Made by a program: the position numbers and the translations under genes | Shown here: positions 26,967 to 34,349 of the stretch, piece by piece | How positions within the stretch are numbered: position 1 is the first letter of the stretch | How the letters are laid out: each line of letters starts with the position of its first letter | Virus record (IMG/VR): IMGVR_UViG_3300007734_000751 | Coordinates: 1 to 64,000 of that record | DNA length: 64,000 nucleotides | Source of the DNA: a virus | Strand: one strand, 5' to 3' | Notes under the pieces: model-generated | Databases searched by the model: none | The model's input: the letters and a program-made list of their open reading frames with translations, nothing else | Told to the model about the DNA's origin: nothing

Positions 26967-29256
26967 AATCTTAGACTATGTCATTAGTCTTGCCGAAACC
27001 GGCGAAACGCCGCTTATCGTGCGTCAGATTCCACTTATGCGTGGTGGGGTTCATCAACAATATTTGGACGGATCTTATAAATATACTTGGCCCGCTTACT
27101 TGCCCGCGCATAAGCGCAAGAAAGGTGAAGCATGGTATATTAATACAGGTTCTTTTATTGTTGAGCGATTAAAAGACCGCATAAGCGCCGCAACAGCAAA
27201 TTGCGAATACGTGCTCTTTATGATGTTGGACGATATCGGCACTAAGTCCAAGATACCGCCGCTTAAGCCGACATGGATCGTTGAGACAAGCCCAGGCAAT
27301 TTTCAGTGGTGTTACGCATTTAGAGAACAACCTACAATAGGAGAATATTGTGCAGCCATTACAGCTATCGCCGACGCTGGTTATACCGACAAGGGCGCTA
27401 CTAATGCTGTGCGTAATTGCCGCTTGCCTGGTTCAGTTAATCTAAAGCCAGGACGCGATGCATTTACCTGCGTAGAAATAGAATTTAATCCTACTATAGA
27501 CTACACGTTAAAAGAAATATGCGATGCGCTCGGCGTTGTGCCAGGTGAAGCGTCTACGTCAATTTATAAATCAGTAACTGTAGAAGATACCGGCATTGAT
27601 AACGTAATGACGTGGCTCAACGAGCAAGGGCTTGTTCTGTCGCGTCCTAATCCTGCGGGATGGATGGGCGTTGTATGTCCTAATCACGAAGAACATAGTG
27701 ATGGACAGATTGAAGGCCGGTACAAGCCACTAGACAGATCTTATTGCTGTAAACACGCGCATTGCGAGCACCTTAACAGCGAAGCGTTTCTTACATGGGT
27801 CGCCGACAATGGTGGCCCGCGCGAGCGCCAAGGTATTCGAGGCGATCTTATTGCAAATGAATTTAAAGCAATGTTTGAAGGCATCAAGCCTAACGCGCTC
27901 TATCCAGATGTTGCATCTGAGCGTGTGGCGCAGGTAGATCGAGAAGAGGCTGGGCGTGTTGAGCGCGGTAGCTGGTATGAGCGCTTTGCGTACATCGTAG
28001 ATGACGACGCTTACTTTGACATGACAACGCGTAACGAGATCTCGCGCGGATCTTTCAATGCTATCTTTCGGCACATCAACTGCACATCAGTGCACAACCC
28101 CAAGCGCCGCATCGAGGCGTCTGTTTGTTTCGATGAGAACAGGCAAGAGCACAAAGCAAAATTATTGAAAGGCTTAACCTATGCGGCAGGTGAAAAGATC
28201 TTGGTGCATAAAGATGGCGAAGTCTATGGCAATAGATGGCGAGATGCGCGTCCCACTGTCGCACGAACAACTAGTGATATATCTCGCTTTACTGCCCATT
28301 GTGAACGATTGGTGGGAGATGAGATTGAACGAAACCATTGCTACGACGTTATGGCGTTTAAGCTCCAACACCCAGAAGTAAAAGTAAATCACGCCGTGTT
28401 GCATGGCGGCGATGAAGGCTCCGGCAAAGATACGATGTGGGCACCATTCATTTGGTCTGTCTGTGGCCCGAACAATCACAACTGGGGTATCATAGACAAC
28501 GAGAGCCTCTCTTCGCAGTGGGGCTATCAGCTAGAGAGCGAGATACTCATTCTTAACGAGCTACGCGAGCCGGAGGCCCGTGAGCGCCGCGCGCTGGCTA
28601 ACAAGCTCAAGCCCATTATTGCTGCGCCGCCTGACATGCTGCCGATCAACCGCAAGGGTCTGCATCCTTACGAGATGATCAACCGGCTGCTTGTGCTCGC
28701 GTTCACCAACGATCCGATTCCGATCTCTATACCGTCGCAAGACCGCCGCTGGTTCTGTCTGTGGTCTACTGCGCCGCGCATGTCGCCCGATGAGGCGCGT
28801 GAGATCTGGGCCTGGTATAAGGCCGGTGGCTTTGAGGCTATCGCCGCTTGGCTCTATGCGCGCGATGTGAGCAAGTTCAACCCTACCGCTGCGCCGCCTA
28901 TCACTGATTTCAAGCTTTCGCTTGTTGAGCATGGCATGTCTATGGCCGAGAGCTTTATCGTCGAGATGGCGCGCGGTCGCAAAGGCGATTTTGCTGCCGG
29001 CGTTATCGGTGGCCCGTTCCACGACATATGCTCGCGTATAAGCACCATGGCAGGCAATGGCGTTAAGGTGCCACAGGCAGCGCTTCTCCATGCGCTCAAG
29101 GAGGCCGGCTGGATAGATTGCGGGCGGCTGCACTCAGGTAAATATCAGACCAAGCGCCATGTGTTCTGCGCGCCTGAGATGGCTAGTCATAAAAATTCCG
29201 ACCTTCGGAACATGTGCGAACCCAATCCAACCCCAACCCTACAGGTGGTCAAATGA
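26956..29256 (+). CDS. Primase-helicase (RepB-type primase, Zn finger, SF3/D5-like helicase)
   Basis: LDDIG, WIVETSPGNFQW, RLPGSVNLK; CPNHEEH..C.HAHC; Walker A GDEGSGKDT. Confidence 0.88.
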   Translation: MENRILDYVISLAETGETPLIVRQIPLMRGGVHQQYLDGSYKYTWPAYLPAHKRKKGEAWYINTGSFIVERLKDRISAATANCEYVLFMMLDDIGTKSKIPPLKPTWIVETSPGNFQWCYAFREQPTIGEYCAAITAIADAGYTDKGATNAVRNCRLPGSVNLKPGRDAFTCVEIEFNPTIDYTLKEICDALGVVPGEASTSIYKSVTVEDTGIDNVMTWLNEQGLVLSRPNPAGWMGVVCPNHEEHSDGQIEGRYKPLDRSYCCKHAHCEHLNSEAFLTWVADNGGPRERQGIRGDLIANEFKAMFEGIKPNALYPDVASERVAQVDREEAGRVERGSWYERFAYIVDDDAYFDMTTRNEISRGSFNAIFRHINCTSVHNPKRRIEASVCFDENRQEHKAKLLKGLTYAAGEKILVHKDGEVYGNRWRDARPTVARTTSDISRFTAHCERLVGDEIERNHCYDVMAFKLQHPEVKVNHAVLHGGDEGSGKDTMWAPFIWSVCGPNNHNWGIIDNESLSSQWGYQLESEILILNELREPEARERRALANKLKPIIAAPPDMLPINRKGLHPYEMINRLLVLAFTNDPIPISIPSQDRRWFCLWSTAPRMSPDEAREIWAWYKAGGFEAIAAWLYARDVSKFNPTAAPPITDFKLSLVEHGMSMAESFIVEMARGRKGDFAAGVIGGPFHDICSRISTMAGNGVKVPQAALLHALKEAGWIDCGRLHSGKYQTKRHVFCAPEMASHKNSDLRNMCEPNPTPTLQVVK

Positions 29257-29453
29257 AACCCGGTGCTATGCATGCCTTGAAAGATCCGTCACGTCTAACG
29301 CCTGCCGAGGAGCGCATATACGCCTACATGAAAGAGGGTTTGACCGCGAAGGAGATTGCTGTGAGAATAGGAACTGGAACTGCGGGAGCGATGAACTGCC
29401 GCATCAAGGTCATACGAGAAAAGCTTGCTACGCGCCTTATGCCTACTGGTTAG
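29253..29453 (+). CDS. Stand-alone LuxR-type HTH regulator
   Basis: LTPAEERIYAYMKEGLTAKEIAVRIG; ATGA-coupled to primase. Confidence 0.72.
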   Translation: MKPGAMHALKDPSRLTPAEERIYAYMKEGLTAKEIAVRIGTGTAGAMNCRIKVIREKLATRLMPTG

Positions 29454-29523
29454 GGTTACCGTTTTATGGATGCTTTTCATTTGGTTCTTTATTGAGAACC
29501 GAAAGAGGGTAGGTAATGGTTGA
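29425..29523 (+). CDS. Possible 32-aa membrane peptide (TTG start)
   Basis: MLRALCLLVRVTVLWMLFIWFFIENRKRVGNG bridges the two neighbouring genes. Confidence 0.3.
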   Translation: MLRALCLLVRVTVLWMLFIWFFIENRKRVGNG

Positions 29524-29968
29524 CGAAGTAAACGCATTGCTCGGCAGGATAGCCAGGGAGCGCTATTCTAGCAAAGAGGCGCTCAAAGACCTGCCGGAAC
29601 CATCCTACTTGGATGACCTTACGTTTATGTATCAGCATAACTTTATGCCGCGATACAACGCGCTCGCGGCGCAATTGTTCGGGCCTGGGCCATCCTACAG
29701 CGACCCCTTAACGAGCCGTGAGCGCTCGCCTGTAGGGTTTATGGGCGACATGCCTACACAGGCTACCCCAGCCCAGCCGATGGCCCTGAACGCCTTCGTC
29801 TTTAATCCTATGCGCGCCTATCCGCGCTATTACACCGCAACTGAAACCTCTAATGAAGACGTTAAAGGCCCAAGCAAGTTGATGGAAGGTTTTAGCTATT
29901 TAGGCAACGACCGCCCCTGGGGCTTTATGGATATGACCTCGGGGCGCTATCCAGGCTTCGTCAAATAA
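29516..29968 (+). CDS. Hypothetical protein
   Basis: 150-aa ORF with GAGGG RBS, ends at the terminator hairpin. Confidence 0.6.
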   Translation: MVDEVNALLGRIARERYSSKEALKDLPEPSYLDDLTFMYQHNFMPRYNALAAQLFGPGPSYSDPLTSRERSPVGFMGDMPTQATPAQPMALNAFVFNPMRAYPRYYTATETSNEDVKGPSKLMEGFSYLGNDRPWGFMDMTSGRYPGFVK

Positions 29969-30000
29969 AAGCCCTCTAGCTATGGGGGCAGCTAGAGGGC
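29967..30000 (-). terminator. Rho-independent terminator of the leftward early transcript (possibly bidirectional)
   Basis: 11-bp stem gccctctagct/agctagagggc with UUUU on the minus strand; convergent genes. Confidence 0.78.
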
Positions 30001-30045
30001 AGGAGGCTTGCATATAAGGCCAAGGGAGGAGGCCATAGGCCGCAC
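29967..30045 (-). ncRNA. Candidate cuckoo-like (CCUCCUCCC) anti-SD small RNA
   Basis: Minus strand GGCCUAUGG-CCUCCUCCC-UUGGCC hairpin, second CCUCCUGCCC motif, then C-loop terminator. Confidence 0.45.
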
Positions 30046-30096
30046 CCTAACGCATCACGATAAACGCTACAAGACCTAAAACGAAAAGCGTTAAGA

Positions 30097-30282
30097 TCAA
30101 AACATCGTATCCAGATACTGGACAATTTCCGCTTCTGTCATGCCTGTCTTTCTAGTCCATTTTGTCCAGAAACGCCACAGAGGCTTGTTGACATTCTCGC
30201 ATGGCTCGTCGCGTGGAATGTCGGGAATGGTGCATTGCAGCTCCTCGTATTGCTCTAGAAAATATTCTTTTATTTTAGACAT
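30097..30282 (-). CDS. Early hypothetical protein
   Basis: GAGGTG RBS; in the early operon. Confidence 0.55.
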   Translation of the reverse strand: MSKIKEYFLEQYEELQCTIPDIPRDEPCENVNKPLWRFWTKWTRKTGMTEAEIVQYLDTMF

Positions 30283-30291
30283 AGCAGCACC

Positions 30292-30549
30292 TCAATGATT
30301 GCTGTTACTAGGACAATAAACGCCGATTCTTCGTTTTTCATAGTTAATCCCGCTTATGATGGTTGTATGGTCGCGTTTAAAGACGCGCGCTATTTGCGTA
30401 TAAGTTTTATCGGTTTCTATATGCGCGCGATACATGGCCTTGCGGCGCACTGCGATAACGCGCAGCGTGTTGTTATAAGAGATAAGGGTTTCATAGCTTA
30501 ACCCCGCCGCTTTCGCCTCCTCTTGTATTATTTGCTTTATTGTTTTCAT
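30292..30549 (-). CDS. DnaA C-terminal (domain IV) HTH-like protein
   Basis: RRKAMY...TYTQIARVFKRDHTTIISG matches the DnaA domain IV RDHTTV signature. Confidence 0.8.
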   Translation of the reverse strand: MKTIKQIIQEEAKAAGLSYETLISYNNTLRVIAVRRKAMYRAHIETDKTYTQIARVFKRDHTTIISGINYEKRRIGVYCPSNSNH

Positions 30550-30751
30550 GTGGCCCCATATTAAAAGCAAAATTTAAAGCGCTCGCTATTGTCGCCAAAC
30601 CGCGCAAGTCTGCATGCGTTACGTAAAGGCGCATGATCGGCGTTTCTTTTCCATCACACTTGTAAATGATAACGCAGCTAGTGTTATCAGTCTTGATTGC
30701 TTTAGCTTTCATGCGCCCTGGGTGGTCACAAAATAAATCAAGATGTAGCAT
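30491..30751 (-). CDS. Early hypothetical protein
   Basis: Coupled ORF in the leftward operon. Confidence 0.5.
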   Translation of the reverse strand: MLHLDLFCDHPGRMKAKAIKTDNTSCVIIYKCDGKETPIMRLYVTHADLRGLATIASALNFAFNMGPHENNKANNTRGGESGGVKL

Positions 30752-30989
30752 TTAATTTTTCCTTGTATTTTTTGACCATGCCTTCAAGGTAGCCATTGCG
30801 GACTGATAACTCTAAAATCTTGTCCTCCATGTCTTTAACTGTCCCAAACCCCCTTGCGACATAATTTAATTGTCTTTGAAGGCGTTCAATTTCCTTGTTT
30901 GCCTTTTTTAACTCGCGCAACAATAAGATCGGCTTGTTAAGCTCGTTAATCACATCATCTATTGGATTAGTTTTTCGTGGCGCGCGCAT
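30738..30989 (-). CDS. Early coiled-coil hypothetical protein
   Basis: GAGGGGG RBS; coupled ORF. Confidence 0.55.
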   Translation of the reverse strand: MRAPRKTNPIDDVINELNKPILLLRELKKANKEIERLQRQLNYVARGFGTVKDMEDKILELSVRNGYLEGMVKKYKEKLNATS

Positions 30990-31098
30990 TGATTTCCCCC
31001 TCTATTAACTCGCGGCGTGTCTCGTCACCCTCACCCTGTAACATTAGCTCAAGCGCCGGTGTGGATAGGCGATAAAGCAAACAGCAAAAATCGTACAT
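30967..31098 (-). CDS. Possible 43-aa early protein (not in ORF track)
   Basis: GAGG RBS; MYDFCCLLYRLSTPALELML...; fills an operon gap. Confidence 0.35.
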   Translation of the reverse strand: MYDFCCLLYRLSTPALELMLQGEGDETRRELIEGEINARATKN

Positions 31099-31099
31099 G

Positions 31100-31198
31100 C
31101 TAGCCTCGTTCTATTAGGTAAAGTATGGTTATGATTGCCGCAGGTATGGCTAGGCTAACGCTTGCCGCTAGCCCTATGAGATAAAGAGCTTGCCTCAT
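31100..31198 (-). CDS. 32-aa membrane peptide (not in ORF track)
   Basis: MRQALYLIGLAASVSLAIPAAIITILYLIERG; ATGA coupling. Confidence 0.45.
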   Translation of the reverse strand: MRQALYLIGLAASVSLAIPAAIITILYLIERG

Positions 31199-31509
31199 AT
31201 GTCTGCCTCATAACATGCGTCTTCTTCACATGATTGCTGCACATGGTCGCTATTTATTAGCGCGTCATATATAAGCTTATAAAGCCAGTGATCCTGGCTA
31301 AGATTAAGAGGCGACAAGTCTTTTTTATTGTTATGCAAAACAATTGACGTGATATCGATATCAGTGGCCCAGGCGTCAAAAATTCCTACGTCCGGCTCCG
31401 CGTCAGCCATTGTATACTCTATATCCGCTTCCCCTGTAGCTGTGACGGCATAGCCTGGAATTAACTCCAGCTCCTCAAAATTATATGTGAACGTGTTCGT
31501 CTTTTTCAT
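31195..31509 (-). CDS. Acidic early protein
   Basis: AGGGGG RBS; D/E-rich with EPDVGI motif. Confidence 0.6.
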   Translation of the reverse strand: MKKTNTFTYNFEELELIPGYAVTATGEADIEYTMADAEPDVGIFDAWATDIDITSIVLHNNKKDLSPLNLSQDHWLYKLIYDALINSDHVQQSCEEDACYEADI

Positions 31510-31519
31510 GTTATCCCCC

Positions 31520-31705
31520 TTAGTCGTTCTCAGCCGTTCTATCCCAGTCATACCGCGCGCAGTGTTGGCGCTCGGCTTCGTTGTCGTACTCTTCTTGCAT
31601 AGTGTGCAGCGCGTCGATTAAATGCCAAGGCAAGGGCGCGGGTTGAGCGTTTAAGATTTTAATAAGCGCCTCGACCGCCTCATGTTCTAGTGTTAGCTCT
31701 ATCAT
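31520..31705 (-). CDS. Early hypothetical protein
   Basis: GGGG RBS then MIELTLEHEA. Confidence 0.5.
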   Translation of the reverse strand: MIELTLEHEAVEALIKILNAQPAPLPWHLIDALHTMQEEYDNEAERQHCARYDWDRTAEND

Positions 31706-31706
31706 G

Positions 31707-31913
31707 TTACACCCCATAGGTTTCGATATATTGACGCGCCGCGCGATAGCCCATGACGGTAAACGCGTCATTAATTTGATCGATATATTTAAGCTCGGCT
31801 TGCTCATTAACGCCGCGCATAGCGTCAGCAGCAGCTCTCGCGTCTTTAACAATATATTCAAGCTCGGCGTCAGTCTTTTTATGATATGGGTGATCTTTTA
31901 ATGGCTTTTTCAT
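31707..31913 (-). CDS. Early hypothetical protein
   Basis: ELEYIVKDARAAA...KYIDQINDA; coupled ORF. Confidence 0.6.
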   Translation of the reverse strand: MKKPLKDHPYHKKTDAELEYIVKDARAAADAMRGVNEQAELKYIDQINDAFTVMGYRAARQYIETYGV

Positions 31914-32137
31914 TTTAACATCCCCTTCAATTCTGCCTTAACGCGCCGCGCGGTATCGCCGCGCCATGTCGAGGCGTTACATAAAAAATAGCGAACAATA
32001 CTTTCGCCGCTATCATAACCATAGGGTTGATTGATATCGTCCAGCGTCGACATAGCTTGCAGGTATGGTACCGCGCCAAAGTATGGCTTGCGCCAGTCTT
32101 GCGCTATCTCGCGCGCTATTGTTGATAGTGTTCTCAT
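31910..32137 (-). CDS. Conserved phage early protein of unknown function
   Basis: IAREI..DW.KPYFGAVPYL.AM...YG.DS...V.YFL.NA.TWRG..AR..KAELK, a pattern I recognise from many phages. Confidence 0.7.
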   Translation of the reverse strand: MRTLSTIAREIAQDWRKPYFGAVPYLQAMSTLDDINQPYGYDSGESIVRYFLCNASTWRGDTARRVKAELKGMLK

Positions 32138-32406
32138 AATATAACCCCCTCTCTTAAAGCTTGCGCCATGTCATCTTGCGCCGTGTAAGTAACGCGCCCC
32201 CTATGATCTTTTATTGGTGTTGTTTTGTATCGTGTCCCGAACAAGCGCCCGCGCTCATAGGCCCATTGATCGTTGAGCGTTTTTCCCGCGTCATAATTAA
32301 ATGGTTTACCTTCACGCGCCTCTTTAACGCCGCGATTGAATAGAGCGCTCCTCATTATAATTTTTAACGAAACGGTCTTAGTAGTAACTTGCTGTATGGT
32401 AGCCAT
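32134..32406 (-). CDS. Early hypothetical protein
   Basis: QWAYERGRLF motif; coupled ORF. Confidence 0.6.
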   Translation of the reverse strand: MATIQQVTTKTVSLKIIMRSALFNRGVKEAREGKPFNYDAGKTLNDQWAYERGRLFGTRYKTTPIKDHRGRVTYTAQDDMAQALREGVIL

Positions 32407-33176
32407 TATGCGGCCCTCCCTACGCGGAACCCGTGAAGGTTAATCACGATATCTTTAGACGATTTACTGCTATTGCCAGCGCATAGGCCGCATTTATCGC
32501 AGCTAGTGCGCGCGCCGTTTTCTTTAGCGGCAGGGCAACCAATTTCATTAGATGATTTAACGTCTTTAGATTTTTTGGCGCGGAAGGTTCGCCATCCACA
32601 AGCGCTAGCAAGTAAATGGTCTGATTCTGATTCGCAGCTAGCCATACATAGCAGCGAGAAAGCCTGAAAGCGCGGGTCGCGCCATTGGTGGCTATAGCCT
32701 GTAATCTTGGCAGCTCTTAACGTCGCGGCGCGCCATATCTGAAAAGGTATTGCGGCAGGGTCGCCATACGTGCCAAGTCTAAACGCTAGCCCTTCAAATA
32801 GCTCCGGCAATATAGCAGGGTCATAGTCTATGCCAGGGCGCGCATAGCGCTTGCGCTCATATGCGCCGTAAACGCTCACTACTGATTTAGCCACGTCAAC
32901 GTAGCATTTACCGCCCTTGAAGGGTCGCTGGGGGCAATCTCCACAAATGCTATGATCACGCCCGTCTTTAATTGCTGTAAAAGGATTAACATCGGCGCGT
33001 ATTATGAAAGTCTGAACCATTGCGCCGGTCTTAGCATTGGCGCTATTCGCGATAATGCGATTAGCTATCGCCACGATAGGCGCGCCATCGATGGCGCTTG
33101 GCCCTTCATATAATATCACGCCGGTAAATTGATTGCGCTTTATCGCTAGGCGCAAGGCGCTTGCTGTATCAATCAT
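32406..33176 (-). CDS. Cys-rich gp88-like / radical-SAM-like Fe-S candidate
   Basis: NAKTG, CGDCP..CYV, RLGTYGDP, TGYSH, CPA...CDKCGLC; GAGGG RBS before ATG 33,176. Confidence 0.6.
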   Translation of the reverse strand: MIDTASALRLAIKRNQFTGVILYEGPSAIDGAPIVAIANRIIANSANAKTGAMVQTFIIRADVNPFTAIKDGRDHSICGDCPQRPFKGGKCYVDVAKSVVSVYGAYERKRYARPGIDYDPAILPELFEGLAFRLGTYGDPAAIPFQIWRAATLRAAKITGYSHQWRDPRFQAFSLLCMASCESESDHLLASACGWRTFRAKKSKDVKSSNEIGCPAAKENGARTSCDKCGLCAGNSSKSSKDIVINLHGFRVGRAA

Positions 33177-33212
33177 TAGACTACCCTCATATTGAGACAA
33201 AAAGACATTAGG

Positions 33213-33244
33213 ACGTTAACACAAAATCTTTATTAGTCAATAGC
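33213..33244 (-). promoter_or_regulatory. Early sigma70-like promoter P2
   Basis: TTGACT-16-TAACGT; shares GCTATTGACTAA with P1. Confidence 0.6.
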
Positions 33245-33509
33245 CTCTATTGTGATCATAGTTACGAATTTTTGATCTTTTTTCGCGCGCGACGCGTTCG
33301 CGGAATTTTGGGTTGCTATTCGTTCTCTCGCGATAGCGAACGATAAACAACGACGCGTCGCAATCCTCCTCTAGGTAAAGATCGTCGCCTCGGCGATAGC
33401 TATATGAGCTAAAGTCCGCCGACGTTAATCCTAGAGCGAACAAATCGCGGGTGTTTACCTTCAACCATCCATGACCAGGGTCAGATATAAAATCAAATGT
33501 CGTACGCAT
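33237..33509 (-). CDS. Conserved phage early protein (DPGHGWL...YLEEDCD family)
   Basis: DPGHGWLKV, SSYSY, YLEEDCDA motifs; AAGGA RBS. Confidence 0.7.
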   Translation of the reverse strand: MRTTFDFISDPGHGWLKVNTRDLFALGLTSADFSSYSYRRGDDLYLEEDCDASLFIVRYRERTNSNPKFRERVAREKRSKIRNYDHNRGY

Positions 33510-33547
33510 GATATTTAATCCTTTTTAGTTAGAGATTAGAGCGGCGC

Positions 33548-33745
33548 TTATGCGCGCCGCTTTCTTTTCTTTGGTGCTACGTATTGCGCCGCTTGTTGCT
33601 CATAGTGCTCGACATGTCTTTGCAATTGCTCGACCGTCGTAAAGAAAGCGCAAAAAGTCATTATGTCTTGGTTGATATTTGCGGGATGATTTTGCGCCGA
33701 TGTTAAACGCGCCATCAGTTCGGGGTTGCTTTTCCATATGGTCAT
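33548..33745 (-). CDS. First early gene, hypothetical
   Basis: GAGGAG RBS directly downstream of P1; QDIMTFCAF motif. Confidence 0.65.
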   Translation of the reverse strand: MTIWKSNPELMARLTSAQNHPANINQDIMTFCAFFTTVEQLQRHVEHYEQQAAQYVAPKKRKRRA

Positions 33746-33779
33746 TTTGGGTTGCTCCTCTTTGCGATTTGATGATCAT

Positions 33780-33811
33780 ATATTAGCAAAGATTTTTTGT
33801 TAGTCAATAGC
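33780..33811 (-). promoter_or_regulatory. Early sigma70-like promoter P1
   Basis: TTGACT-16-TAATAT. Confidence 0.65.
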
Positions 33812-33840
33812 TTTTTTGTTAAAAGCAAAGATTTTTTGTT
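33785..33840 (+). repeat. 17-bp direct repeat AGCAAAGATTTTTTGTT (two copies), operator candidate
   Basis: Copies at 33,785-33,801 and 33,824-33,840, the first inside the P1 spacer. Confidence 0.65.
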
Positions 33841-33845
33841 TATTC

Positions 33846-34230
33846 TGGTCTTGATGGTCTTGAATGGTTAAATATATTTTAAAAATGACCATGTTAAACG
33901 TGTTGAATTGGCGGGTTTTAGTGTTAAATGGTCATTATGGTCATTATTGTTTAATTCTAAGAAAAATTTATATATGTATACAAATAAAGATAGTGTGTCA
34001 CCATTCTTGGCGCGATTTTTTCCGCGTGACCATTTGACCATAATGACCAAAAGCCCCTCTTCTTTGCCGCGTTTTCTTCCCCCATGTTGACATATATGTT
34101 TACATTCATATACCAGTGTGACCTCCGACTAGTAAACGCGTGACCATAATGACCATGAGTTATGTCGACATTTGAATGACAACTTAGTTTATGTAAACAT
34201 AGTTGACAATCATTTGACTAAACGACCATG
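33846..34230. other. Putative replication origin with TGACCA/TGGTCA iteron-like repeats
   Basis: About a dozen GACC/GGTC motifs in both orientations around an AT-rich core; largest non-coding region; strand switch. Confidence 0.6.
33867..33882 (-). promoter_or_regulatory. CtrA-type box TTAA-N7-TTAAC
   Basis: Minus strand reads TTAA-aatatat-TTAAC. Confidence 0.35.
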
Positions 34231-34349
34231 CGCGCCAATTCGACGGCATGCGACGCGACGGGGGGACTGGGCCTTGCGTGGTCTGGGAATATCTACGCAG
34301 GGATTACACAAACTTTTTTTTATTTTTAAAATATGGTAATAAAGATTCT

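Noticed and set aside
28490-29160. GC-richer stretch with a 190-aa antisense ORF in the helicase domain
   Set aside because: Antisense ORF is explained by codon bias; possible mosaicism cannot be supported without homologs
33780-34230. Repeats considered as a CRISPR array
   Set aside because: Repeats are 5-17 bp, in both orientations, without regular spacers; DUF2800 is a replication-linked Cas4-like nuclease with no cas1/cas2
34248-34349. N-terminal extension of terS given in the ORF track
   Set aside because: Runs through a T-rich promoter-like stretch; ATG at 34,350 is more plausible
29969-34349. tRNA genes in intergenic gaps
   Set aside because: No cloverleaf with a GTTCRA T-loop found by eye
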